Below are positions 1-8,282 of a stretch of 41,344 bases of DNA, piece by piece (the stretch's first letter is position 1; each line of letters begins with the position of its first letter). The notes below the pieces were generated by a model that saw nothing but the letters and a program-made list of their open reading frames with translations, did not search any database and was not told where the DNA came from. Both the position numbers and the translations under genes were made by a program. The stretch is from the IMG/VR virus record IMGVR_UViG_2681813235_000001, positions 1 through 41,344 of that record, one strand, 5' to 3'. The stretch comes from a virus (lineage: Duplodnaviria; Heunggongvirae; Uroviricota; Caudoviricetes).

Positions 1-201
1 TTACCCATTGGCGCGGCTTAAGAGCTTATTTTTGAATTCACAATGGTCACGATATAACCATCTTGCTCGCCCGTGGATAACTTTGGCTTTTGGCAGGTCG
101 CCGGACTTAATCCGGTCATAGATGAAGGTTTTACCGAAGCCAGTATCGGCCATGATGAATTTCAAATCAACCAGTGAATCAGGCTGTAGTTCGTGTTGCA
201 T
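1..201 (-). CDS. AlpA-family excisionase-like DNA-binding protein (complete, stop at 1-3)
   Basis: 66-aa ORF; pattern L-x-L-x-x-I-x-x-x-TG-x-x-x-x-x-IY-x(n)-G-x-x-P-x(n)-GR-x-x-W fits AlpA/Xis winged-HTH family from memory; lies at the distal end of the leftward early operon. Confidence 0.55.
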   Translation of the reverse strand: MQHELQPDSLVDLKFIMADTGFGKTFIYDRIKSGDLPKAKVIHGRARWLYRDHCEFKNKLLSRANG

Positions 202-242
202 GAGTGCTATCTCCGAATAGGGAATCGAACCTGCAAATCAGG

Positions 243-268
243 TAATAAAAAACCGCCATCAGGCGGCT
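243..268 (-). terminator. Rho-independent terminator (minus strand)
   Basis: Minus-strand RNA reads GCCGCC-UGAU-GGCGG followed by UUUUUU; overlaps the stop of the small ORF 259-426. Confidence 0.5.
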
Positions 269-426
269 TGGTGTTCTTTCAGTTCTTCAATTCGAATATT
301 GGTTATGTCTGCATGTGCTATCTGCGCCCATAGCATCCAGTGGTCATAGCAGTCATTGATGTTCTCTGCTTCGATAACTCTGTTGAATGGCTCTCCATTC
401 CATTCACCTGTGACTCGAAAGTGCAT
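259..426 (-). CDS. hypothetical small protein (55 aa, not in ORF track)
   Basis: Hand-translated ATG(426)...TGA(259): MHFRVTGEWNGEPFNRVIEAENINDCYDHWMLWAQIAHADITNIRIEELKEHQAA; GGAG 7 nt upstream of ATG; terminator immediately after stop. Confidence 0.4.
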   Translation of the reverse strand: MHFRVTGEWNGEPFNRVIEAENINDCYDHWMLWAQIAHADITNIRIEELKEHQAA

Positions 427-514
427 TTATCATCTCCATAAAACAAAACCCGCCGTAGCGAGTTCAGATAAAAGAAATCCCCGCGAGTGCGAGGATAGTT
501 ACTTGTTCATATTA

Positions 515-796
515 TTAATCGTCAATGTATTTTGAGCATTGTGGGCAATCATCAATCCCACAATACGATTCATATGCATCCTTTATTGCGTCGCGGGCTT
601 CAGTAAGAGTATTGAATAAGTTGCAGCTATTATCTTTTTGATATAGGTAAGTTCCTAATTTATAAGCAGAAGAAGCATCATTTCCGCTGTCTAAAATTAC
701 ATCGTTATGGATTCTGCACCTTGCAAGAACTCCTGATCCCATAAGGGTCTGCATAGCCCATTGCTCTTGATCTTCACACAAATCATGAATGCTCAT
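515..796 (-). CDS. hypothetical protein (Ea-region)
   Basis: ORF 515-814 begins with GTG; in-frame ATG at 796 (MSIHDL...) preceded by GAGG 7 nt upstream; Cys-containing C-terminus; no family recognised. Confidence 0.4.
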   Translation of the reverse strand: MSIHDLCEDQEQWAMQTLMGSGVLARCRIHNDVILDSGNDASSAYKLGTYLYQKDNSCNLFNTLTEARDAIKDAYESYCGIDDCPQCSKYIDD

Positions 797-910
797 TTCA
801 ACACCTCTCTTCACGTTTCACACACGTTAAGATTAACAGTGTTTTTACATGCTTTGGAAGATTTATTTTATAAAAACTCTTTTAATACAAATAGATATAA
901 TAGTTCACTA

Positions 911-1579
911 TTATAGCTCCTTTAATCGAGGCGGTTCTGGTAGAGGCATCCAGTGGGTTACCTCTTTGAGATACAGGTCTTCGCCATCACCGTCATCCCA
1001 AGTTGGATTGCCATCATTAAACCAGTCGCCATATACGCCGACCTGAGTGTTGGGGATGTTTGGTGGGTAGTTGTTTTTAAAGTCAGCTGCTAACACATAG
1101 CATTGTCGCTCTCCCATTTCTGGCATTCGCTCACTACAGCTTATCCAACCATCCGGAGTTACCGGATAGTTGCCGGGTTCTTTAATGTGCAAGCGAGGCT
1201 CACCATCTTTTGGCTCAGGCCACTGGCGCTCCATGTTGATCTTCAATTTATCTTCCATAGCAGCGGTAATTTCAGCATCGCTGATGCCAGCACGGCGCTG
1301 TGCATCCCACAACAGAAACTGCATATCAGCCCACTCGCTAAGATCGTCTGGTTCGGCTGCGGCTTCCAGTGCCTCTTTTGAGAGATGTTTCAGCGGACCA
1401 ATGGGGCCAACGCAGCCAAATGTGGAGTCAGACCATTTGGCATGCTCGTGGCGAATCTGTTCGCGTTCCAGTGATGCCAGTGCAATTCGTGCCAGTTCCA
1501 TTTGTTCGCCACGAGTAAGTCCGTTATCAAGCGGATTTTTAATGAATAATTTGATACGTTCTTTGGTTATAGCGCTCAT
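911..1579 (-). CDS. DUF550/DUF551-type phage protein (Ea-region)
   Basis: Start MSAITKERIK at 1579 overlaps upstream stop (ATGA); C-terminal W-x-SCSERMPE ... THWMPLPEPP block resembles the DUF551 signature from memory. Confidence 0.5.
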   Translation of the reverse strand: MSAITKERIKLFIKNPLDNGLTRGEQMELARIALASLEREQIRHEHAKWSDSTFGCVGPIGPLKHLSKEALEAAAEPDDLSEWADMQFLLWDAQRRAGISDAEITAAMEDKLKINMERQWPEPKDGEPRLHIKEPGNYPVTPDGWISCSERMPEMGERQCYVLAADFKNNYPPNIPNTQVGVYGDWFNDGNPTWDDGDGEDLYLKEVTHWMPLPEPPRLKEL

Positions 1580-1580
1580 A

Positions 1581-1997
1581 TCACTCTCCTTTGATGCGAA
1601 TGCCTGTTGCAATGCTGTTTATGATGCTGTCAGTGCATGGGGTAGAAAGCTGGGCATCTCCAGCAATTCTCATGACCTCAACATCTGCATATCGAATACC
1701 GAGGTGTATCAGACCGGCTATACCTGACTTAAGCCGAGCATTTTCCATAAACAGATCCTTTGCCCGCTGTTTTTCTGCCTCAAGCTCAACGCGCAACTTC
1801 CCTACCGTTAACGCAATATCCTCGTTCTCTTGGTCGCGGCGTTTGATGTATTGCTGGTTTCTTTCCCGTTCATCCAGCAGTGCCAGCACAACCTGAGGTG
1901 TGACTTTCATACGAAATGCCAGCAATTTTTGAGGCGTTGCTACTGTTTCAATTGCTACTGCCGCCTCACGCAGTGCCTGAGAGTTAATTTCGCTCAC
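1581..1997 (-). CDS. Ead/Ea22-like protein
   Basis: 138-aa ORF with a coiled-coil-like central region; position and composition typical of Ead/Ea22-like genes in lambdoid early-left regions; family assignment from memory. Confidence 0.45.
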   Translation of the reverse strand: MSEINSQALREAAVAIETVATPQKLLAFRMKVTPQVVLALLDERERNQQYIKRRDQENEDIALTVGKLRVELEAEKQRAKDLFMENARLKSGIAGLIHLGIRYADVEVMRIAGDAQLSTPCTDSIINSIATGIRIKGE

Positions 1998-2215
1998 TTC
2001 GAACCTCTCTGTTTACTGATAAGCTCCAGATCCTCCTGGCAACTTGCACAAGTCCGACAACCCTGAACGACCAGGCGTCTTCGTTCATCTATGGGATCGC
2101 CACACTCACAACAATGAGTGGCAGATATAGCCTGGTGGTTCAGGCGGCGCATTTTTATTGCTGTGTTGCGCTGTAATTCTTCAATTTCTGATGCTGAATC
2201 AATGATGTCTGCCAT
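1994..2215 (-). CDS. TraR/DksA-family C4 zinc-finger protein
   Basis: 73 aa with C-x-x-C ... C-x-x-C (CCECGDPIDERRR ... CRTCASCQ), classic phage TraR-like layout. Confidence 0.6.
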   Translation of the reverse strand: MADIIDSASEIEELQRNTAIKMRRLNHQAISATHCCECGDPIDERRRLVVQGCRTCASCQEDLELISKQRGSK

Positions 2216-2267
2216 CTTCCATTAATCCCTGAATTGTTGGTTAATACGCTTGAGGGTGAATGCGAAC

Positions 2268-2292
2268 AATAAAAAAGGAGCCTGTAGCTCCC
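2268..2292 (-). terminator. candidate Rho-independent terminator (minus strand)
   Basis: Minus-strand RNA: GGAGC-UACAG-GCUCC followed by UUUUUUAUU. Confidence 0.4.
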
Positions 2293-2313
2293 TGATGATT
2301 TTGCTTTTCATGT

Positions 2314-2529
2314 TCATCGCTCCTTAAAGACGCCGTTTAACATGCCGATCGCCAGACTTAAATGAGTCGGTGTGAATCCCATCAGCGTTACCGTTTCGCG
2401 GTGCTTCTTCAGTACGCTACGGCAAATGTCATCGACGTTTTTATCCGGAAACTGCTGTCTGGCTTTTTTGATTTCAGAGTTAGCCAGACGGGCAATGCTG
2501 CGAAGGGCGTTTTCTTGCTGAGGTGTCAT
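2314..2529 (-). CDS. hypothetical protein (71 aa)
   Basis: ORF 2314-2625 trimmed to in-frame ATG at 2529 (MTPQQENALRS...); no family recognised. Confidence 0.4.
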   Translation of the reverse strand: MTPQQENALRSIARLANSEIKKARQQFPDKNVDDICRSVLKKHRETVTLMGFTPTHLSLAIGMLNGVFKER

Positions 2530-2605
2530 TGAACAAGTCCCATGTCGGCAAGCATAAGCACACAAAATATGAAGCCCGCTGCCAGAAAAATGCATTCCGT
2601 GGTTG

Positions 2606-2797
2606 TCATACCTGGTCTCTCTCATCTGCTTCTGCTTTCGCCACCATCATTTCCAGCTTTTGTGAAAGGGATGCGGCTAACGTATGAAATTCTTCGTCTG
2701 TTTCTACTGGTATTGGCACAAACCTGACTCCAATTTGAGCGAGGCTATGTGCCATCTCGATACTCGTTCTTAACTCAACAGGAGATGCTTTGTGCAT
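2606..2797 (-). CDS. hypothetical protein
   Basis: 63-aa ORF; start uncertain (alternative ATG at 2755); acidic C-terminus. Confidence 0.3.
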   Translation of the reverse strand: MHKASPVELRTSIEMAHSLAQIGVRFVPIPVETDEEFHTLAASLSQKLEMMVAKAEADERDQV

Positions 2798-2958
2798 ACA
2801 GCCCCTCGTTTATTATTTATCTCCTCAGCCAGCCGCTGTGCTTTCAGTGGATTTCGGATAACAGAAAGGCCGGGAAATACCCAGCCTCGCTTTGTAACGG
2901 AGTAGACGAAAGTAATCGCGCCTACCCGGATATTATCGTGAGGATGCGTCATCGCCAT
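2770..2958 (-). CDS. hypothetical protein downstream of exo
   Basis: 62-aa ORF whose start overlaps the exo stop (ATGGCGATGA); no family recognised. Confidence 0.4.
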   Translation of the reverse strand: MAMTHPHDNIRVGAITFVYSVTKRGWVFPGLSVIRNPLKAQRLAEEINNKRGAVCTKHLLLS

Positions 2959-3629
2959 TGCTCCCCAAATACAAAACCAATTTCAGCCAGTGCCTCGTCC
3001 ATTTTTTCGATGAACTCCGGCACCATCTCGTCAAAACTCGCTATGTACTTTTCATCCCGCTCAACCACGACATAATGCAGGCCTTCACGCTTCATACGCG
3101 GGTCATAGTTGGCAAAGTACCAGGCATCTTTTCGCGTCACCCACATGCTGTACTGCACCTGGGCCATGTAAGCCGACTTTATGGCCTCGAAACCACCGAG
3201 CCGGAACTTCATGAAATCCCGGGAGGTAAACGGGCATTTCAGCTCAAGACCATTGCCGTCACTGCATAAACCATCGGGAGAGCAGGCGGTGCGCATACTT
3301 TCGTCGCGATAGATGATCGGGGATTCAGTAACATTCACGCCGGAAGTGAATTCAAACAGGGTTCTGGCGTCGTTCTCGTACTGTTTTCCCCAGGCCAGCG
3401 CCTTAGCATTAACTTCCGGAGCCACACCGGTGCAAACCTCAGCCAGCAGGGTGTGGAAGTAGGACATTTTCATGTCAGGCCACTTCTTTCCGGAGCGGGG
3501 TTTTGCTATCACGTTGTGAACTTCTGAAGCGGTGATGACGCCGAGCCGTAATTTGTGCCACGCATCATCCCCTTGTTCGACAGCTCTCACATCGATCCCG
3601 GTACGCTGCAGGATAATGTCCGGTGTCAT
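2949..3629 (-). CDS. exo: lambda-type exonuclease (Red-alpha, YqaJ family)
   Basis: 226-aa translation matches my recollection of phage lambda Exo nearly residue-for-residue ([44 protein letters not shown]...). Confidence 0.95.
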   Translation of the reverse strand: MTPDIILQRTGIDVRAVEQGDDAWHKLRLGVITASEVHNVIAKPRSGKKWPDMKMSYFHTLLAEVCTGVAPEVNAKALAWGKQYENDARTLFEFTSGVNVTESPIIYRDESMRTACSPDGLCSDGNGLELKCPFTSRDFMKFRLGGFEAIKSAYMAQVQYSMWVTRKDAWYFANYDPRMKREGLHYVVVERDEKYIASFDEMVPEFIEKMDEALAEIGFVFGEQWR

Positions 3630-4411
3630 GCAGCCACCTTCTGCTCAGAGGCTTTCTGTTTCAGGAATCCAAGAGCTTTCACTGCTTCGGCCTGTGTCAG
3701 TTCTGACGATGCGCGAATGTCGCGGCGAAATATCTGGGAACAGAGCGGCAATAAGTCGTCATCCCATGTTTTGTCTAGGGCAATCAGCAGAGTGTTAATC
3801 TCCTGCATGGTTTCATCGTTAACCGGAGTAATGTCGCGTTCCGGCTGACGTTCTGCGGTGTATGCGGTATTTTCGACAATGCGCTCGGCTTCATCCTTGT
3901 CATAGATACCAGCAAATCCGAAGGCCAGACGGGCACACTGAATCATGGCTTTATGCCGTAACATCCGTTTGGGATGCGACTGCCACGGGCCGGTGATTTC
4001 TCTGCCTTCGCGGGTTTTGAATGGTTCGCGGCGGCATTCATCCATCCACTCGGTAACGCAGATCGGATGATTACGGTCTTTGCGGTAAATTCGGCATGTA
4101 CAGGATTCATTGTCCTGCTCAAAGTCCATGCCATCAAACTGCTGGTTTTCATTGATGATGCGGGACCAGCCATCAACGCCCACCACCGGAACGATGCCGT
4201 TCTGCTTGTCAGGGAAGGCGTAAATTTCTTTCGTCCACGGATTAAGGCCGTACTGGTTGGCGACGATCAGCAATGCGATGAACTGCGCATCGCTGGCATC
4301 ACCTTTAAATGCCGTCTGGCGAAGAGTGGTGATCAGTTCCTGTGGGTCGACAGAATCCATGCCGACACGTTCAGCCAGCTTCCCTGCCAGCGTTGCGAGT
4401 GCTGTACTCAT
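3626..4411 (-). CDS. bet: lambda-type Bet single-strand annealing recombinase (Red-beta)
   Basis: 261-aa translation matches my recollection of lambda Bet ([44 protein letters not shown]...); stop/start overlap with exo. Confidence 0.95.
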   Translation of the reverse strand: MSTALATLAGKLAERVGMDSVDPQELITTLRQTAFKGDASDAQFIALLIVANQYGLNPWTKEIYAFPDKQNGIVPVVGVDGWSRIINENQQFDGMDFEQDNESCTCRIYRKDRNHPICVTEWMDECRREPFKTREGREITGPWQSHPKRMLRHKAMIQCARLAFGFAGIYDKDEAERIVENTAYTAERQPERDITPVNDETMQEINTLLIALDKTWDDDLLPLCSQIFRRDIRASSELTQAEAVKALGFLKQKASEQKVAA

Positions 4412-4416
4412 CCGTT

Positions 4417-4713
4417 TTATACCTCTGAATCAATATCAACCTGGTGGCGGGCAATAGTTTCAACCATGTACCGGATGTGTTCTGCCATGCGTTCCTGAAA
4501 CTCAACATCGTCATCAAACGCACGGGTAATGGCTTTTTTGCTGGCCCCGTGGCGTTGCAAATGATCGATGCATAGCGATTCAAACAGGTGCTGGTGCAGG
4601 CCTTTTTCCATGTCGTCTGCCAGTTCTGCCTCTTTCTCTTCACGGGCGATCTGCTGGTAGTGACGCGCCCAGCTCTGAGCCTCAAGACGATCCTGAATGT
4701 AATAAGCGTTCAT
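4417..4713 (-). CDS. gam: Gam host-nuclease (RecBCD) inhibitor, GamS-length form
   Basis: 98-aa translation matches lambda GamS from memory ([21 protein letters not shown]...VDIDSEV). Confidence 0.9.
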   Translation of the reverse strand: MNAYYIQDRLEAQSWARHYQQIAREEKEAELADDMEKGLHQHLFESLCIDHLQRHGASKKAITRAFDDDVEFQERMAEHIRYMVETIARHQVDIDSEV

Positions 4714-4789
4714 GGCTGAACTCCTGAAAATGGCTGTGAAAATATCGCCCGCGAAATGCCAGGCTGATTAGGAAAACAGGAAAGGGGGG

Positions 4790-5200
4790 TTAGTGATTCA
4801 GGCCGTTACCGCGTCCGTCGAGAAAAACTTCCACGAGCAAATCACGGGTATAAGTGCGCTCGATGCCGCGATGCAGATAAAGCCGTCCGCGTAAATTAGC
4901 TGATGCAGTCCAGGTACCATCTTTGTGTTTGACCAGCATTCCTGGCATGACCGCACCTCGATTAACGGTCTGCGTTCCATAATGTTGATGAACCATAAAA
5001 ACTCCTGCCCGTAAGCTGGGCTGCTGAACATATAGAGACTTCTGCGCGTATTCAGGCGGTGGATGGCCGCCGGTTGTCATAACTAAGCCGCCTCGTTGAA
5101 GCGACTGAGGTATGAGGTGTTGAGTTGATTTCAGCTGGTCACACCGACGTTCACGCGTCCGTTTCACCCCTCGCACTCCCCGGAGCCTGCCGAAATTCAA
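4790..5200 (-). CDS. hypothetical first ORF of the leftward (pL-like) operon; start uncertain
   Basis: 136-aa ORF begins with TTG; in-frame ATG (MTTGGHPP...) has GAGG upstream; N-terminal region is Arg-rich (RLRGVRGVKRTRERR), reminiscent of N-type arginine-rich motifs, but no lambda N/Kil/CIII match. Confidence 0.3.
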   Translation of the reverse strand: MNFGRLRGVRGVKRTRERRCDQLKSTQHLIPQSLQRGGLVMTTGGHPPPEYAQKSLYVQQPSLRAGVFMVHQHYGTQTVNRGAVMPGMLVKHKDGTWTASANLRGRLYLHRGIERTYTRDLLVEVFLDGRGNGLNH

Positions 5201-5277
5201 GCTGCGGATCTAAGCGGTCATCGCAACGGTGAATCAGGCGGTTGCCGTATCGTTGTGTTGTTGCGACATGGTAATAA

Positions 5278-5321
5278 TAGCTATTGCTATTGGTGGTATC
5301 AATACTTATTGCTATTGATTG
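5278..5321. promoter_or_regulatory. putative oL-like operator cluster (direct repeats TTGCTATTG)
   Basis: TTGCTATTG at 5284-5292 and 5309-5317 plus near-copy TAGCTATTG 5278-5286; the 13-mer TTGCTATTGATTG (5309-5321) recurs at 7959-7971 next to the repressor gene. Confidence 0.4.
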
Positions 5322-5445
5322 ATGTGTTTTGATATTAACTGTTTGATAGCAAAAAGAATTAATTTTGTGACTTGCATCGCATAGCGATAACTGAAGGGAG
5401 GTTGTGGTGGTTTTTCGAACGGTTTGTGTGATGAGGGGAGGGGAC

Positions 5446-5473
5446 AAAAGAAAACCCGGCACGGTGGCCGGGC
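5446..5473 (-). terminator. Rho-independent terminator ending the repressor-linked operon (tIMM-like)
   Basis: Minus-strand RNA: CCCGGC-CACCGU-GCCGGG followed by UUUUCUUUU. Confidence 0.55.
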
Positions 5474-5637
5474 TAGATCTTAAAGTATTTATCTTTTAGA
5501 GATGTAGATGCAAAATTTTTTGCCTTTGAAAATTTTTTGTCATCAGAAGAGCTTATGAACTCATCTTTTTTGTAGGGAACCGCTAATGCTGCATCACGTC
5601 TGCGAGGCAGCTTACTTACTTCCTCGCACTTTTTCAT
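5473..5637 (-). CDS. unlisted small ORF (54 aa, Lys/Ser-rich) downstream of kinase
   Basis: Hand-translated ATG(5637)...TAG(5473): MKKCEEVSKLPRRRDAALAVPYKKDEFISSSDDKKFSKAKNFASTSLKDKYFKI; ATG is 2 nt after kinase stop; stop abuts the terminator hairpin. Confidence 0.35.
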   Translation of the reverse strand: MKKCEEVSKLPRRRDAALAVPYKKDEFISSSDDKKFSKAKNFASTSLKDKYFKI

Positions 5638-5639
5638 GA

Positions 5640-6686
5640 TCAGTTATCCTTTAATAACCTATACAGTTTTGTAGGGGTACATCCTGAGGATATTGTTAAG
5701 TTCGTAGCACGCCTTTTCCGCCCACCATCGTATAAACGAAAACCAGTAGTAGACGAATTTTCTGCGTCAAAAACTATAGACAGTATAACGTCCCCAGACT
5801 TTTTTTGCCATTCATATGTGCCGTTAGTTGGTTTTGTCATCTGTAGACGCCAGTCAAGAACGCCATCACTTATAGCTGAGAGATCGTTTAGTACGTCTAG
5901 TACGGATTGATATCTTTCATTTGGATCTACATGAATGCATTTGTTTACTATTGTTATCAATTTTTTATGTATGTGGGAAGGATACTCTTTTAATGGATAG
6001 GAGCCATTAATTATCGACTCTCTGAGTTGTTCAATCGTTCTAAATGCAGATCTTTCTCTTTCAAAATTATCATATCCAACACACATTCTATATATGGTTA
6101 ATCCTGCCTGATATATGTCATATGTGAAATTATAATCATTTGTTGATAAAGAAAAATATTCCGGTGGCACATGAAAATGATATCCAAACTCAGGCGCAGC
6201 TCTCGATTCCTCATTGACTAACTGAGACAATCCAAAGTCAGATAGCATGGCCTCATTTCTGTTTGATATCATGATGTTATTAGGTTTTATATCAAAATGC
6301 ATAAGACCTTTTGAGTGTATATGATAAAGCCCACTTAAAAATTGAATAGAATACCGTATTATCTCCCTGCTCGTAAGATTAATCTTTTTTATTAATTGGT
6401 TTAGCGAACCATTATGATAAAATGGCATGGCTATATAGATATTGCTCTCACATTGAGCAGCATACTGAACTTGCACAATATTTGGATGTGCATGTTTATA
6501 GAGAAGCCTTGCTTCATTAAAGTAGTCGTCGTGGTTAGTGTTTTCTTTTTTTTCTATTTCTTTAATCACCAAGTCATGAGCTAGGTGTCTGTCATGAGCC
6601 AGATATACTTTTGAAAAACAACCCTGTTCTTCTAGATCACGAATCCATTCGAATGCTACATCAGCTCTTTTGTATGGAGTCAGCAT
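5640..6686 (-). CDS. Hanks-type (eukaryotic-like) protein kinase
   Basis: 348 aa; kinase motifs visible in translation: Gly-rich loop region GCFSKVY, invariant-Lys region LVIKEI, catalytic loop HFDIKPNN, SDFG (DFG motif); ATG overlaps stop of upstream ORF (ATGCTGA); visibly AT-rich. Confidence 0.85.
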   Translation of the reverse strand: MLTPYKRADVAFEWIRDLEEQGCFSKVYLAHDRHLAHDLVIKEIEKKENTNHDDYFNEARLLYKHAHPNIVQVQYAAQCESNIYIAMPFYHNGSLNQLIKKINLTSREIIRYSIQFLSGLYHIHSKGLMHFDIKPNNIMISNRNEAMLSDFGLSQLVNEESRAAPEFGYHFHVPPEYFSLSTNDYNFTYDIYQAGLTIYRMCVGYDNFERERSAFRTIEQLRESIINGSYPLKEYPSHIHKKLITIVNKCIHVDPNERYQSVLDVLNDLSAISDGVLDWRLQMTKPTNGTYEWQKKSGDVILSIVFDAENSSTTGFRLYDGGRKRRATNLTISSGCTPTKLYRLLKDN

Positions 6687-7141
6687 CCCCTTACCTCCGC
6701 AGATAGTGCAGCCAAAACAGCTTCATTTGTTTCAGTTGTAAAACCAGAATTATCGATTCCATTTATATTACGGTGTGACTTCAATATTTCTTTATACTCG
6801 ATCTCTGTTAGGTTCAATGATGACTTCATACCAGATTTTCTAATGGTGTAATATCTTCTTACATCACTGCTTGAAAATGCTTCTTGAATAACAGCTTCTA
6901 TATAAAGGCGGTCAATGCTAAGATTATCAGAGTTTGATTCAGTAACGCGTATAGCAGCTAATTCAACATTATATAAATTAAGAATGTCGAGGATGTTATT
7001 TCGCACATACTTTAATTTTTCTGGTGTGTCTAAGGTCGAAGGTATTTTAATAACATCAACACATTTGAGTGCAGACTCATCAGTGCAATATACAACAAAA
7101 GATGTAACTTTGGGCGCCGCCCTAACACCTAGTATTCTCAT
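6680..7141 (-). CDS. hypothetical protein, first gene of the cassette downstream of the repressor
   Basis: 153-aa ORF, AT-rich, no recognisable motif; translationally coupled to the kinase. Confidence 0.5.
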   Translation of the reverse strand: MRILGVRAAPKVTSFVVYCTDESALKCVDVIKIPSTLDTPEKLKYVRNNILDILNLYNVELAAIRVTESNSDNLSIDRLYIEAVIQEAFSSSDVRRYYTIRKSGMKSSLNLTEIEYKEILKSHRNINGIDNSGFTTETNEAVLAALSAEVRGC

Positions 7142-7221
7142 TTTTTATATCCCATTTTAGATTCAGGCTGCGTTTCTGCAGCCTCTCTCATCACCCAAAT
7201 GTCTAATCAGGCTATTATTGA

Positions 7222-7914
7222 TTATCCATGTTTCCTGTATGTTTGCGGCATGCTCCCAATAACTTTCCCGAAGATAAACACCCGGTTCATCTCGTCTTTC
7301 TCGATTGGGTCCCACGGTGAGTAGCTCTTGTTATCAGAGATAACCAGCAGTTTATCCTTCATCATTTGCAGGCGCTTAACATGGGCTGTGTCGTCATACA
7401 GAAACGCATAGATACCATCACCGTCGAAAGATTTAACAGTGATATCAACGAACAGAAGATCACCTGGTTCGATCGTTCCTGACATGCTGTCACCGCGTAC
7501 GTTAATGATGCGGATATTTTCTGCCTTCCTGCCATCGAACATGTGACGAGCATCGTCAAACGAGTACTCAACCGAGCGTAGAACTTCTACAAACTCACGG
7601 TTGATGACTCCCGGCCCGGCACTCACTTCTATATCAAGAACGTCAATCTTGAAGTATTTGGGATGGTTGGCAGCAGGCTTCCCTGATTGTTGACCGTCAT
7701 TTCTCATCGGGCCTATGCCTGATGAGAGCCACTCTGTTCGAACACCCAATGCATTAGCTATTTCAACAATTTTTGTTGAGCCGCGTGCGTTGCCGCTTGT
7801 CAGTCTCCAGATTGTGGGTTGAGCTACGCCAGACGCCTTTGCAAGAGCGCCTTGAGACATTCCAGATTGTTCCATCGCTAGGTTTAAGCGATCAGCAAGA
7901 GTTTCTTTTTTCAT
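7222..7914 (-). CDS. CI-like prophage repressor (N-terminal HTH plus C-terminal LexA/S24-type autocleavage domain)
   Basis: N-terminal HTH (SQGALAKASGVAQPTIWRL); C-terminal region with Ser (VRGDSMSGT) and Lys (HVKRL) at expected S24 positions; ATG at 7914 (MKKETLADRL) with almost no leader, as for lambda pRM transcripts; divergent from a Cro-like gene. Confidence 0.8.
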   Translation of the reverse strand: MKKETLADRLNLAMEQSGMSQGALAKASGVAQPTIWRLTSGNARGSTKIVEIANALGVRTEWLSSGIGPMRNDGQQSGKPAANHPKYFKIDVLDIEVSAGPGVINREFVEVLRSVEYSFDDARHMFDGRKAENIRIINVRGDSMSGTIEPGDLLFVDITVKSFDGDGIYAFLYDDTAHVKRLQMMKDKLLVISDNKSYSPWDPIEKDEMNRVFIFGKVIGSMPQTYRKHG

Positions 7915-8024
7915 AAGTTTTAATTTATACGCTTGCGTATTGATGGTCAAAACACGTTTTGCTATTGATTGGGTTAATACGCATTGCTATTATCCATTCA
8001 TTGTAATACCAATAGGAATTGATA
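7915..8024. promoter_or_regulatory. oR-like divergent promoter/operator region
   Basis: Intergenic between divergent repressor and Cro-like genes; contains TTGCTATTGATTG (7959-7971), TTGCTATTA (7984-7992) and palindrome CAAAAC-ac-GTTTTG (~7948-7961). Confidence 0.5.
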
Positions 8025-8252
8025 ATGACAAATCAAACCATTCAACTCGCAATCAGTATTACAGGTAGTCAAAAACGACTGGCAGATCTATGCGGTGTAG
8101 CCCAGCCCACTGTTTGGCGTTGGCTACACGGTGGCGGAATTGATGCCCGCTATGTAATGAAAATTGTCTCAGCCACTGGTGGAAAGATTAAACCAGCAGA
8201 TATTCGTCCCGACCTTGCACCATTGTTTAACGCGAGTAATTCTGCCGCCTAA
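8025..8252 (+). CDS. Cro-like HTH regulator
   Basis: 75 aa from ATG 8025 (AGGAA upstream); HTH QKRLADLCGVAQPTVWRW; first gene of the rightward operon. Confidence 0.7.
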   Translation: MTNQTIQLAISITGSQKRLADLCGVAQPTVWRWLHGGGIDARYVMKIVSATGGKIKPADIRPDLAPLFNASNSAA

Positions 8253-8282
8253 ACTGCGGCGTTAACTGATAAGGCAATGATT

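Noticed and set aside
215-245. tRNA T-arm-like sequence (GGAATCGAACC, reverse complement of GGTTCGATTCC) suggesting a tRNA 3' fragment or att core
   Set aside because: No complementary T-stem, no acceptor stem and no CCA follow it on the minus strand, so it does not fold as a tRNA 3' end; probably a chance match. An att core cannot be excluded without flanking genome sequence.
1170-1727. 185-aa plus-strand ORF antisense to the DUF551 and Ead/Ea22-like genes
   Set aside because: Antisense to well-supported minus-strand genes in the leftward operon; Ser/Ala/Cys-rich low-complexity translation typical of a shadow ORF.
5151-5462. 103-aa minus-strand ORF across the oL/terminator region
   Set aside because: Spans the operator-repeat and terminator region, has low-complexity translation (TTTTS, NSNSYYY) and no start context; best explained as non-coding regulatory DNA.
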